Source: Haplodiscus bocki (taxonomy: Eukaryota). From it: a stretch of 48,631 nucleotides of DNA. The notes under the pieces were generated by a model. It made no database searches and had not been told where the DNA came from. It saw only the letters and a program-made list of their open reading frames with translations. Both the position numbers and the translations under genes were made by a program. The DNA lies in contig OZ296654.1 in the NCBI GenBank assembly GCA_965655095.1, positions 46,949,370 through 46,998,000 of the forward strand, given 5' to 3'. Positions 11,104 to 23,299 of the stretch are shown here, piece after piece; position 1 is the stretch's first letter; every line of letters begins with the position of its first letter.

Positions 11104-11950
11104 ATGATTTTTTCAATTTAAAGTGAAGATGATTTATAAGACTTAGAAGAATTAGCAGATTTACAATCAATTGTTAAACAAGTTAGGTTGGTTGAAAATT
11201 AAAGTAGACAAGTCTTTGTATATGATACAGAAAAACTATTTGAAACAATCACGTAAACAATTACTGATACAAGTGAAAAATTACTCGATGAGACTAAATC
11301 CAATACAACAGAATTGGGGAATTGGATCAATCAAATATTCAATTGAAAGTTTCAAAGCTAATGAATAGAAACGGAGTTTTTGATTCAAGTTTATTTAGAC
11401 GCAGAGCAAAACTCTTGTTAAATGCAAAAAAAATTCAACTTCCATTGTATGATAATCCTAATAGTGATAATTGGAAAGTTTACATATTGAATGGGTAGAA
11501 AAATACAGTATACTACGATTAGTTACTGTTTAAAAAGTGCGGTACAATTTTCATTCTTAGAGGTGATGTTTTCCAACATGATTACTGATTATAAGTTCAA
11601 TACATCAGATTCAGCGGGTGCAAAATTGATCTTCAAACTTATGGATGATCTTCATGGATGAAATCCGTTTTGATACAAATGCTCGAAGTAAAAGTGTCAG
11701 AGATAAAAACTTATAACAAACTGTCCCTTTAAAAAAGTTTTAGTGGCATCTGGGTTGCAGCAAATTTTTTTTCTTGGAGAAGATGCAAAAGAGTTATTTG
11801 ATAGAGTATGTTCGATATCACAAGAAAAGCAAGCTAGAAATGATACAAAAAGTTCGATAATGAAATTGTTGCTATAACTGATAGGTTATCAGAAAACAAA
11901 TGTAATTCTCCCAATCAGCTGAAAAAAAAATTCTCTAATTTTAATGTATT
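11104..11950 (+). pseudogene. Conserved Polinton ORF preceding the capsid gene (PZ-like; element A)
   Basis: C-terminal ELFDRV..I.QEKQARND...EIVAITDRLSE; homologue at 20415. Confidence 0.6.
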
Positions 11951-11994
11951 ATACACATAGAACACCTAGGTGATAGAAGTTTTTACTTCTATAA

Positions 11995-12700
11995 ATGTTT
12001 AAATTATCACAAAAAAATGCTGTTGAAAGACCTTTTCTCAAATGTGATTACAATAGATATTTACCACCTTTGTTAAATATTGTAAATGGAGAAAATTCAC
12101 ATACTTTCCCCAAATACCTAGAGAAAACAGCGGTATTTCTTTGAAAGATAGCTATCTCGTATTAGTTTTTATTGTAATTCACAGAGCTGGGCTGGTTTTG
12201 GTGCTAGATGTGCAGATGGGGAATATATAAGACTGGCGAATTTAGGTCCTTTGTCTTTGTTCAATAAAAAAGGTTGACAATCTCTAGTGCGAAAAAACAG
12301 AGGAAATTCAGAATGCTCATGTCATCTTTTTCACATAAAAGTTAATAATAAATGGCAAAGTTATTGATGATTTAACAATTGGTTTTCATAGAGGTGTTGA
12401 AGCTCGAGAAAAAAAATTGTTTAAAAATAAAACAACTAAAGGAAAATGTCATGTTAGAATTCATTTAAAAGATGTGAATCAGGGACATGTCACACATGGG
12501 TTAGGATATAAATTAACAGTACAAGGAAATAGTGATAATCATGTATTAAGTCAATTGGCAGGAGCTAAGATGCAGCAAACCTTGTTTTGGAAGTAAGATT
12601 TGTTATAAACGATAATAGTTGGTATGTTGCACATTAAACGTCAATTATATCAAATCAAAAATTGATGTTGGGGCTTGTTATATTTAGAGCTGCAAGATAA
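11995..12700 (+). pseudogene. Major capsid protein (double jelly-roll), 3'-truncated (element A)
   Basis: KCDYNRY..IPRENS.ISLKDSYL..NLGP..LF..HGLGYKLTVQGNSDN; colinear with 21218. Confidence 0.8.
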
Positions 12701-13309
12701 AGTGAGCACAAGGGTGATAAATCTTTCCAATTTTCACATTACTTTCGAATACACTTTTGGTATTTTTTTTAATTCAGCCATGCATTTTTTATTTTTATTC
12801 TTTTTTCACTGACTAAGGAAATATTGAAAATTTTCCCATTTATGGAGTATACCTTCTCAGTTTGCAAACAAAACGTCGGCGCCGGAATAAGCACCTTGAT
12901 ATCCATCCCTGACGGATTAGGTACGTCGATTTTCTGTCGAAAGATGGAAAAGGGGCGTCCTGTGAGGGAAGGGATAGATGGAAAAGTTGTTTATTTCCCG
13001 CTAGATTCGGCATCTTTGACTTTGATCTTATGATTTATAAAGGACTTTTCCCTATTTCTCCAATTGACTTGGCGTGCAAAGAATTTTGTTTTTACCCAAA
13101 ATAAGGCTATAAATAGGAGAAATGAAAGTCAAAATGGGGAGTGTTTTTATTTTTTGTGTTGGTGATCATAATATCCAGTATTATTAATTCCCTACGTTGT
13201 CTCATTGAAAACTGTTAAAAACCCAAATTATCTTTCCTTCAGCTAAAAGATGTTCAAGTATTAGCCGCTACTTATTACTTTCCCCCGTAGAAAAGGAGAA
13301 CTCTGAAGA

Positions 13310-13521
13310 AAAAAAACTCGCAGCACTAAACAAAGAAAAATTGAGGAACATCCTAGGAGAAACGGCACAAAACTCAAATGTTCCCAGATCACAAGAAGAC
13401 TACATTTTTTGAAGAAATTGAGGGTAAAGACAAAACAAAATTGTTCTAGCAGTTTAGTAGGACGGGAAGCCGCATTTTAGGCGCGCTATCCCGTCTTGAC
13501 GACTTTGTCAAGAAGCCGCTA
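13310..13521 (+). pseudogene. Fragment of an unidentified TE ORF (possibly gag-like) that Polinton B inserted into
   Basis: Reads NSNVPRSQEDY..EEIEG..FSRTGSRILGALSRLDDFVKKP and abuts a Polinton terminus at 13522. Confidence 0.4.
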
Positions 13522-13749
13522 AATATTAAACTATATTGCGGATATAACACTAGTTCTCAATTCGTTCGAGTGAGCAGAAAATAAGAAAGCAATAAAAACA
13601 CTTACAAACGCGCGGCAAAAAAATCAATAGAATGTTCAACTTACTCGTTTTCTCCACGACATAAGAGCCATTGTTGGATGCATGAAAGCCTGTTTGGAAA
13701 ATTCCACATTTAGGTGAACAAAAATGTTGCACGCGCACATTTACATTGT
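13522..13749 (+). repeat. Detached outer ~230 bp of a Polinton B TIR
   Basis: Direct repeat of 13879-14093. Its last 34 bp match the reverse complement of 28404-28437 with 2 mismatches. Confidence 0.8.
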
Positions 13750-13878
13750 CTGGTTGTGGGAGATGCCTGCTTCAGGTTGAGGGTCAATCTGGGAGTCGCA
13801 CTCAGTCGTACCCTGGTTTGGGTTAAATGCGTTCAGGGACGTCTCAGGAGTGGCTCCTGAGTGGCACTGAACGATCGG

Positions 13879-14388
13879 AATAATTTACGATATTGCGCAT
13901 TTACCACTGACTCTCATTTCGTTGGAATCAGTAATAAATCTGACAACATAGCCCCTACACAAGCAGGAGAAAAAATCAATACAATTTTTAACTTACTCGT
14001 CCACATAAAAGCAATAGTTGGATGCATTAAAGCGTGTATGTAAAAATCCACATTTATGCGAACAAACTTTTTGCACGCGCACACTTTCATTGTAAGCGAG
14101 ACTGCACTACCAGTTATGTCGACATAATACAATATGCTCATATCCGAGACTGAAAAAACACCACTACCATTTATGTCGACATAATACATGAATTTGAAAA
14201 ATTCACCACTATCAATTATGTACACAAAACAGAATATGTATATTTTTTCTACTTTCTCTCTTTCTATTCTATCTACTATAGCCTAGTGGTATTAATGACA
14301 TTGGCTAAAGTTAAGACTACGCTTGATTGGTTGTCATAGTGTTTGCGGTTCTTTATTAGCTATTGTCCCAATGCTTTGTCCTCATCAT
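13879..14388 (+). repeat. Left TIR of element B (~510 bp)
   Basis: 14060-14388 is the diverged reverse complement of 28109-28437; begins AATAATTTACGATATTGCG. Confidence 0.9.
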
Positions 14389-14899
14389 GCAGAAAAACTA
14401 TGGAACTCTACCCGGAATGTCCACTCGGATTTGCTATATTTTTTAGTTGAGAAAGTTGGCCATTGGAGCTTTGTAAACGTTATTTTACACGATGTCTTCA
14501 GTTTGTTTGATTAAATACACCCCTTTGACGACTTGCAAAATGAAAGGGATTCTTTCTATCAAAACAATGAGTTTTTACCAAACCTGGTTTTTGAGATAAT
14601 ATTCTAGACCATTATCTATGCAATATTGGTACTGGTAATTTTGAATAATAACATTTTTTTATATTTGATAGACTGGATTAAATTCTGTTTTTTTTTATTT
14701 GATTAAATTTAAAACCAATATTCCCAGCATTTTTAAACTTTTTGTTTACTCCATAGAATTGAGATTTCAATTCCATATGTTCAAGTGTAATTGTTAAATT
14801 ATCTTCTTCATTTTTTTTCCATATTTTGAATATCATATACACACCTAGATTAGAATGATCTACTTTTACAATCCTTAATAGTACATTTATGCTGAACCT

Positions 14900-15480
14900 C
14901 TGTCGTGAATAATTTCACAATTTATGAAATCATTACCACATTGAACAATGCGTTCGTTTTCCTTCCCTTTAATTTCATCCTTATTTTTGCACAATTACTC
15001 ATACTCATCATTTTGTGTTGATTTTTTATATTCTGCAATAGTGATGTATCTTCGATGAAGCATAAACTAAATGTTTTCTCTACTGTAAGTGTATGAGTAC
15101 TTAATATCTTCAAGTCCTTCTTTCGAGATTTATTCTTTTATTTTATCATTTGTTTCAAAACTAATTGAAATTTCTCTCGCAGAAAATGTTGTTTATCTTC
15201 ACTTTCGAATAGAAAATTTTTATCCTCTGTGTATTTTTTTGGTTTAGGCAAATTCAAAGAATTAGAACTCATAATTTCTTCAATTTCATGATTTGGGCTC
15301 TCTCTATCTGGGTTTTTATAAGTCTGAAGTTTGTTTGAATCACTAAAAATTAAAACCATATGGCTATTAAAACGATTATGTGTTAACACTTATGTTTCAG
15401 GGTCATTTAACCGGAGTAGTGTACAAAACAAGGTATCAGCTTCGTTGACATGAACTGTTTCGTCTAATTTATCAATCATT
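14900..15480 (-). pseudogene. Accessory ORF of element B, distant homologue of 4277-4880
   Basis: NFLFESEDK..ISFETNDKIKE..EDIKYSYTYSRENI.FM. Confidence 0.4.
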
Positions 15481-15651
15481 TATGTTACAAAAATAAAATT
15501 AAACCAAAATTACTTGAAGATTTTGTCAACTTTCTAGATGCCACAACAAAACAAAAAACATTCTTTAAAAAAGTTTTTTTTGTTTGCTATTATTACAAAA
15601 TTGTTTTTATTTTCCATCTTATTTAAACACTGAAAAAAAAACAGTTTTTCC

Positions 15652-16060
15652 ATGGAAGAACAAATATCTAAAACAGGTCACCTCGAGTCTAATTTGATAT
15701 TACGTCATTATAAATTAGATTTAGTGGTTAGTTTTATGGAAATCAAATCTGTTAACCCTAAATTATGACAAGACCAAAAGCAAGAGATTTAGGTTGATCA
15801 AGTAGTACTTTACAAGGATAAAGACACGATATGTATGTGCTTTCACCTCAGACAATCCCACCAATTAGTCTTAAAAGAGGACAAAAAATTTCAAATGATA
15901 TTTCCAAAAGTGAACATGATCCCAAGAAAATCAAATGACCTCAAATAACCTCGAAAGACTTGAAAAGATTGAATATATTAAACCTAACACATATAAGAAG
16001 AACAATAAGAAAGGTGGATCTTTAAAGGAAAATATCAAACTTAACGATGATCATTGAGAT
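15652..16060 (+). pseudogene. Helix-turn-helix DNA-binding protein (element B)
   Basis: YKLDLVVSFMEIKSVNPKL.QDQ.ARDLG.SSSTLQ; homologous to 5060-5340. Confidence 0.65.
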
Positions 16061-16324
16061 CTACAACCTTTATCAACACAGTCCAAGAAAGGAGAACAAT
16101 TGGTTTCAATGATGCCTACTTTTAAAAAACTTTTGATCTGTTGAGTGATGATATAATAGAATTATATACAGAAAACGAAGGTTTAAAAAACAAAATGGGT
16201 TCTTTTGATAAAAAATAGTTAGAAGAATCTAAAGCAAAGCTTTTGAAACAAATCCATGATGAGGAAACAGCTAATTTTATTTATTCTGTATAGAATGGAA
16301 AAATCAACGAAAAGACATTAATAA

Positions 16325-16750
16325 ATGGCATATAAAAAAAATTATAAACTATGGGAAAGTGAATTTTATAACAACGTTTCCGCTAAAGATAGAGTTCAAG
16401 ATAATAACTTTAATGAATTTAAACTCAAAGTAAACGATACTTATGAGAAAGATGAAAAAATAACAACAACCATTGAAGCTATTAATGGTGGAGATGTTAT
16501 TAATAAAGCTTCTCTAGACAAAAAATGATCAAAAATAGAAGGTAAAACCTCCTATATCGGAAAAGATTACAACGAATTTAGATTGCTTATCAACAAACAA
16601 TCTATTCAAGTGGTCTTAATTCAAAGAGCTGTGAAAACGACTATACAAGTACCTTATGATAAAGGGTTATTCGATAGTTTTCTGTATGCAGATAAAATTT
16701 TAAAAGATTTTTTGTTTGTTACAAGATATAGATCTGAGTTACAGGAAAAT
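16325..16750 (+). pseudogene. Conserved hypothetical ORF upstream of the protease (element B)
   Basis: MAYKKNYKLWESEFYNNVSAKDRVQD..; homologue in A. Confidence 0.6.
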
Positions 16751-16752
16751 AA

Positions 16753-17175
16753 ATGATGTCATTCACTGATTTTGTTCTTAAATACTTTTTTTTAAAAAAA
16801 ACAACTTCAAAATTGAAAATTTATCAAGTCCTTTTACTTTTGGCTTTGAGTGATGTAGGAATCTTTTTAAGGGAAGGAACGTTTGAATGTGATATAGCAA
16901 TCGTAAATTTACATCTTAAAAAAGGCACACATTGGGTGCCATAAATTCACGAAAATTATTTGATAGCTATGGATGTTCATCTCCACAAAAACTATCAAAT
17001 ATCTACATAAAAGGAAATGGACATTGTTTATACTTTGAATACAAAATACAAGGTCTGACAAATAAAAGAGATTCTTATTGTGCTAATTATTGTTTTTAAA
17101 AAATTTAATTGACAAAAATCTTAGGAATAAAATTGAAACCTGCTGTTTTGAGTTCATACTATCAAAGATTTTCTT
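16753..17175 (+). pseudogene. Adenain-like cysteine protease (element B)
   Basis: IVNLHLKKGTHW..FDSYG..KIQG..DSYCANYC gives the catalytic H, D, Q, C in adenain order. Confidence 0.88.
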
Positions 17176-17255
17176 TAAATAAAGGATATTAGGGAAAATA
17201 ACAGTTGTTAATAGTGGAAAATATATCGCACAAAATGAACAAACTCAATCCATTT

Positions 17256-17257
<2 letters not shown>

Positions 17258-17290
<33 letters not shown>
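17258..17290. repeat. (AG)n microsatellite, ~16 units
   Basis: Direct read. Confidence 0.95.
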
Positions 17291-17293
<3 letters not shown>

Positions 17294-17410
17294 TAACTCA
17301 AACACAAAAAAGAATATTTCACTTCCTCGTAAACAAAAGAGAAAACTTTCACAAAAAAATAAAGGACTCAGTAAGGATTTCGTAACAGGAGAAAGATTTG
17401 TAACAATTAA

Positions 17411-18506
17411 GTGATTATTGAAATGTTACTTTTAAATAAAAACCACACTGACACACTTTTCGAATGAATGAAAAGTCGCCCCCAAGAAACATTTGAATTT
17501 AAACTGAACAAGCAAAAGAAAACTCTCAATTTTTCACCACTATTAAATCTTTTTGATGAAGGAAAGTGGTTGTTAGCAGTGAGAAGTTTTGAAGCAACGA
17601 ACTCTGTTTTTAATGAAACTGATAAAAACAACAGTTTTTCAATTAGCATACTAGGTTATTGGAGAAATCTTAACTAGTCAGAGGATGGAATTATTGATCA
17701 ACTAAAGAATTTACTAAAATTTAGATCTCAAAGTGATATTGAATTACATGTAAAGGAACTTAAAAAAAGAGGTGATAAAATGAAATGGAAATCCAAAGAA
17801 TTTTCTTGATCGATTTTGATACTTCTGGAAAGGAAATGTTTGAAGAATTAAAAAGCGCTATTTATCATGATTTTGAAGATTTAGTTCATTGAATGGAATT
17901 AAAATACGATGAGTTTATGGATATATTAGATATAAAATATTTTCAATCAGAAAGAACAGGGGATACCCTAGAACCTGGAATATATGAAATAAACGATATC
18001 AACAAAACGCTAGAATCTTTATTACCCGATATTGTGAAAGTAAGTAATACTATTGATTATTTTAGATTAGGATCTAAAATAAAAATAATATTCAAAATTT
18101 AATTTTCATTCGAAAAACCTTTATTTTATACATTATTAGGATATTTGGATTTATCCAATCTCATTCAGGGCTCTTAGGTGATATCGATGGATATATTCAA
18201 TTATTACCAGGACCACACAAAAGTCACGAACCTATTGTTAATACAGCAATCGATAAAAATTGTTTGAAAACCGATTGCATTAGCGGTTCTATTTTGGATG
18301 CAGTACGACATCCAATTTTATTCAGTTATGCATTGGATGATTCAAGAGGACATAAAATATATAAGAAACCTAGAATTAGGCTTTTTGAAAAGATAAATAA
18401 ATTTTTTCTGTCTGGTATCAACTTTTTTTAAAAAGATGATGATCACAAACCAGTTGATTTTAATGGAGAAACAATACACTTTACTTGTCATTTAATATAA
18501 ATTTAG
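17411..18506 (+). pseudogene. Minor capsid protein (penton) paralogue 1, element B
   Basis: KWLLAVRSFEATNSVFNETDKNNSF ... LKTDCISGSILD..PILFSYALD..GHKIYKKP..DDDHKPVDFNGETIHFT. Confidence 0.8.
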
Positions 18507-18514
18507 TAATCAAA

Positions 18515-19428
18515 ATGAACTTGGATATGATTGAAACTAAAATTGAAATAGAATATTTTTTTTGTTCGAATAACTAATAACTGTGAAACGCTTATTCACC
18601 AAACCCACAAAAAATTCACAAGAACCTCTTGAATATAAACCTATCAAATCAAGCGAAACAGTTTCTTTCAAACCATCAATCCCAATTGAAAGTTCTTGGA
18701 TGATGGGATTAAACAAGTGAAGAAGTTTACAATTCTATTGTTAATATCAAGGAAAAAAAATAACAAATTCGAACTCTATACAACCACTTTTGACGAGTTT
18801 TCATCACAAAAGTTAAATCATGAGCTTGAAGAGATCCTTAGCATTTCAGATATTACACCCTCTAACCTTCAACATAAAATAACAGGACCGCGTCTTATTC
18901 CAGCCCATAAGAAATAAAGATCAGGAAGGTCAAACACCGATGGTTATCTTATTTTTTTGAGAGGCTATGCTCTATCTGCATTTCGAGATTTCTTAACTTA
19001 TCTTAGAATTGCAGTTGGTTTAGATGAAGATGATACTCAATTGATTTAAAAACAATATAATTCAAGTTTTGTCACCTACGAAGTACTTCCAGGCATTTAA
19101 ACGATGAAAGATATTTCAGAGGCTGTTTAAACAAAAAATGATCATGATGGAAGCATCCATATTGAATGTGATAATTTTAGCATGAAAACAAAACTTCCTT
19201 TAAGTCGTTTTGGATTAACACTTGGAACGTTAATATTTATTGAAAAATTAATAGTTGTTCCTTATTGGAAGTAAAAACCCAATAACGCCATTCATGCTGA
19301 TTTCCCAGGCGTTTACACTGGTGAAAAACTATAAAGTTGAGTACAATAAATAAAATTCATTTAAAGTGCGATTGTACTGATGTCAGTGTGGTTGAAGACG
19401 ACCAGTGTTACACAGTTTCTTTTTAGAT
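18515..19428 (+). pseudogene. Minor capsid protein (penton) paralogue 2, element B, C-terminus deleted
   Basis: WMMGL...EVYNSIVNI..NNKFELY ... KIHLKCDCTD; colinear with 8112-9040. Confidence 0.75.
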
Positions 19429-19554
19429 TCTCTTTTTAATATTTTTCTGGGTATGTTGATGAAACGAAAAGCGACTTTTTGTTTGGATATGAGCATAAAG
19501 AAAGATATTTTTTAGTAACAATAAGTTAAAAATCAAGCTAGAACCAAGTACATA

Positions 19555-19638
19555 GAACTGTTCTGTTTACTGTAAATGTGAACTGTTCCTTTCATTGTAA
19601 ATTTGAGCTGTTCTAGTCAATGATAATGTGAACTGTTC
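19555..19638. promoter_or_regulatory. Four GA(A/G)CTGTTC boxes at exact 25-bp period upstream of the ATPase (element B)
   Basis: Boxes start at 19555, 19580, 19605 and 19630. Confidence 0.6.
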
Positions 19639-19689
19639 TAATCCGTAGGTGAATCTTACATATTGAACGAACCGTTTTTGTTACATATG

Positions 19690-20410
19690 TAACATAGTAA
19701 TAGATGAAAATAACTAGTTGAAAGATAGAACTGTTTGCAAAAGCTGTTACAATAAAAACAGAAAAAAAACAACAAAATCACCTTAAGCCAAAATTAACAA
19801 CCAAAAGTCGATAACGTTAACCTTAACAACAACAATCGAAAACTTTTGTGGGACCATCTGAATCAGGTAAAACTTTTCTTATGTTGAAATTTCTTTCACG
19901 TATGTCCAATCGAGACCTTTATATAACCATCAAATCGCCTCCCGAACAGTATCGCACTTCAAAATTTAGAATTAAAGAAGAAGGAGGAGAAATCAAACCT
20001 TTCAACCAATACCAAAATGCTATCATAGTTTTTGACAAATTTTTAGGCTCGTCAAATAGCAAATACATAGATCAGTGTTTCATAAGAGGTAGACATGATA
20101 ATTCAGGAACTTTTTGTCTGTCACAATATTATTTTGATTTACCAAAAAGAACAATACGGATGAATAGAAACAAACTTATTCTGTTTAATCAAACAGTGCA
20201 GGATATAGAAAATATATACAGGACATTGGTGGATGCGATATGAGAAAAGGTAAATTTAAACAATTGTGTAGCAAATCTTGGGAAGAGGAATATAATTATC
20301 TTTCCGTTGATAGATTCAAAAAGAGAGATGAAGGAAGATTTTGCATTTATAATGAAAGCAAAACGACGTATACAGGTGGTACTCTCAGAAGGAAGCCTTT
20401 TCAAGACTGA
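19690..20410 (+). pseudogene. A32/FtsK-like genome-packaging ATPase (element B)
   Basis: Walker A GPSESGKT, Walker B AIIVFD, IRGRH arginine motif, LSQYYFDLPKRTIRMN. Confidence 0.92.
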
Positions 20411-20414
20411 ATAA

Positions 20415-21215
20415 ATGTTGTTTACAATTAGAAATGGAGAAGAATTAGAAAACTTAGAAGCACTACCTTTACTACAAATTCAAGTAAAAGAATCACGATT
20501 AAAAGATCAATTAGGTAAACAGAACTTCCATGAGAGTATAAAAAAGTCTTGGAACCAAACACTGATACATATAAAAATACCTCTCAAACCTAACAAAAAG
20601 TTTAACGGAAATTTATATTAAAAACATTAACGCTTTATAGATTTAAAAGGAAAAAATTTTAGAATTGATGAATGACAAAGGTATGCTAGCTCCATATTTA
20701 TTTTCTTCTTCTTTAGTTAATCTTTCCAAATCTCAAAATTCAAGCCAATTTAAAGTAACAAAGGATCCTAATTCAATTAGGAAGATACCTGTTGCTCTAT
20801 ATAGCAATATTTTAACTTTTAGAGATAGTATTAAATCTTTTAATTAAGATGCATATCTTCTGGAAATAATAACTGAATATAATTGCAATGTTACCCATTC
20901 TAATCCAGAGGATCGAAATCTATTTTGTGAGTTTGGGAAAGAAATGAATTTTGATATTAGGCACAAAGGTTGAGAAAGTATCGGAGATAAATCTCTTATA
21001 AAGTTAAATATTTAACCTGCTATCATGGCTTCTCGGGTTTCCGCAATTTTTTTATCATCTAATCCCAACGAACTTTGTGAAAAAGTAAAATTATTACTCT
21101 AAGAGAAACAAGCTGGAGTTACTTCTCACAAAATTGATGAAGAAATTGTTGTTATAGCAGATATACTAATAGAATACAAGTGCTAATCTGTGAAACAACA
21201 TAAAATTTTAATTTT
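20415..21215 (+). pseudogene. Conserved Polinton ORF preceding the capsid gene (PZ-like; element B)
   Basis: C-terminal FLSSNPNELCEKVKLLL.EKQAG...IDEEIVVIADILIEY. Confidence 0.62.
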
Positions 21216-21217
21216 AT

Positions 21218-22463
21218 ATGTTTAAAGTAAATTTTTTTTTGAAATTAAGAGAAACACTTCAAAATGTGTATATAAAAGTTAGTCATCGTCAAAAATAGGC
21301 ACAACAAATACTGCTAAATCTCAAATATTCATCAGTATACCCAGAAACGATTCAGTTATTTCTTTGTTGAATAGTTTTCTTGAGTTAAATTTTGATGTAA
21401 TACACGCTGCCACTGGTAACAGATATTCAGATGGTAATGATATAAAAATGGTTAACTTAGGTCCTATTGCTTTATTTAGTAGATATAAGTTATCAACGAG
21501 TTGTGGAAAACACTTGGAAGATATTAGTCATACACAAATTGTTTCTTTAATTTATGAACTAATAACTAGGGCAAAAGATACTGATGATCTGTCCACTGGA
21601 TTTGACCGAGATAGAAATAGAAGACAACAAGAGTTAATAAATAACAAAAAGGAGAAAGGAAAGTCTCATATCAGAACCATGCTTAGGGATGTTTTCGGTT
21701 TTGCTGAACACCAACAAAAAGCTACTTACGGGTTAGGATATAAATTAACATTAACATGAAATAGTGACAACTGTGGTCTGAATAAACATAACGAAACGAC
21801 AATGCTAAACGTAAAGTTATTGGTATTGAATGGCATGTACTTCATTATACTCCATCAATATCCCAAAAAGGTATATTTTCTAAGCAAATTTCAAGCGAGA
21901 CACTTACAGGGAATGAAGATGTGGAGCGAAGTGTTTTTATGAAAGAAGTAAATACTGATAATTTATGGACTTTTGAATTAGGGACTCAAGAAAGTGTAAA
22001 CGTTCCTATAATGCTTTTATTGGGTTTCAACAAAAAGAAAGACAAGGCTCAAAAGAATTAAACAACGACAGGTTGTATAGACCCCCACTAACAAGCGCTC
22101 ATTGCATTATTAGAACCAAAAAAAATCCTGTTTCTGGTAATTTTTAACAAAATGATGATGAGGATTGTTCTCAGGGAGGTGGTCAAAATAAAGAAACTTC
22201 TAAAGCTTTGAAACAAGATGATGTCCTCTATCCAAATATGTCTGATAATGATTTTAGATCATCAAATAATGGTGATGATATTGGATATAGTTTATACGTT
22301 TTCGGTATACGAAATCAAAAAACCTAGAATCTGCTCAACCAATTAAAAAAGAATTCAAATTTTCAGAAAATTTTCCTTCTGGATTATATGGTTCTGCTAT
22401 AGTTTTAACAAATATATTGGTCAGCATAAACTCAGATGGGCAAAGCTATCTTGATTTAAGTTA
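21218..22463 (+). pseudogene. Major capsid protein (double jelly-roll/hexon-like), element B
   Basis: ~410 codons: IPRNDSVISLLNSFLELNF..NLGPIALFSRYKL..LRDVFGFAE..TYGLGYKLTLT..; located after the ATPase. Confidence 0.85.
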
Positions 22464-23299
22464 ATTTTAAGGCTTTCATAATGTCTTTATGTTCTTTAGT
22501 TGATAAAATAATTTTTTTCACCAAGGTTTCATTAGATCCTTCGGGAAGTTGATCGATTTTGTAACTCGGTCTTGTATCATTATTAGTTTCAAAACTTTTA
22601 TACAATTTTATCGACCAATTACTTGAATCACCCTTTGAACAAATTTTTAAATCTGTTGTTCTAACGAAATCGTTCACTTGAAACTTTGGTTCTAATCTCT
22701 TTCGTTTGTCTACAAAACTTTTGTAAGCAAATCCTTGGTTCTTTTCTGAACTAGCTCGAATCGCCGTTGATATGGTGGAAAATGTATTCTATTATTACAG
22801 TGTTTTGTTATAACAGACAATTTATCAATCCAGTTGGTTTCAAACTTTTCAAAAACAGGTCTTCCATGAAGATTTCTGATAGTACAATTAAATCTTTCTG
22901 CAAAAGCAGCACCTAATGACTTTTTTCTAAAAAATGTTTAACGTTCTCTTTATTTGGGAAACTTTGAAAAATACTTTTGAAAAATTCCTTATCACGATCA
23001 ATTTCAATTAGGTTTGGTTTTCTTTTTGAAGTTATAAGAACATTTTTGAAAGAGTGTGTTATTGTTTGGGCATTTTAATTTTTTAAAAGAATTGTCCAAC
23101 CGAACTTGCTAAAATCATCAACCAAAACCGAAAAATAACCATAACCTCTTTTATTCTGAGAACCGTAACATTTTAAATCTAATATTAAACTCCAATTAAT
23201 ATCAGTAAAGTAAACGTCTGTTTTCCTTGAGACATAATTCTTTTTCAGCGATTTCGAATATTATTCATCCAAAAAATTTTGAATAGTTTCAATTGTCAT
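22456..23299 (-). pseudogene. Retroviral-like (rve) DDE integrase of Polinton B
   Basis: WSL.LDL..VLVDDFSKFGWTI.LKN..KPNLIEIDRDKEF..AERFNCTIRN..YNNRIH..KFQVNDFVR..KG..SNWS..Y. Confidence 0.92.

Larger units (their letters stand above)
2832..12700 (+). mobile_element. Polinton/Maverick (adintovirus-like) element A, decayed, 3'-truncated within the major capsid gene
   Basis: Terminal sequence homologous to element B's TIR. Same gene order as B (HTH, unknown, protease, penton x2, ATPase, conserved ORF, capsid). Alignment with B stops at ~12695. Confidence 0.88.

Noticed and set aside
13914-14225. 103-aa minus-strand ORF with repeated YYVDI.GS
   Set aside because: Translation by-product of the TIR internal DNA repeats
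17205-17414. ERERER repeat as a functional protein feature
   Set aside because: Caused by an (AG)n microsatellite that is absent from the equivalent region of element A
19555-19680. Regular repeat array as a CRISPR
   Set aside because: The core is only 9 bp, the 25-bp period has similar inter-box sequence, there are no cas genes, and the context is a eukaryotic TE
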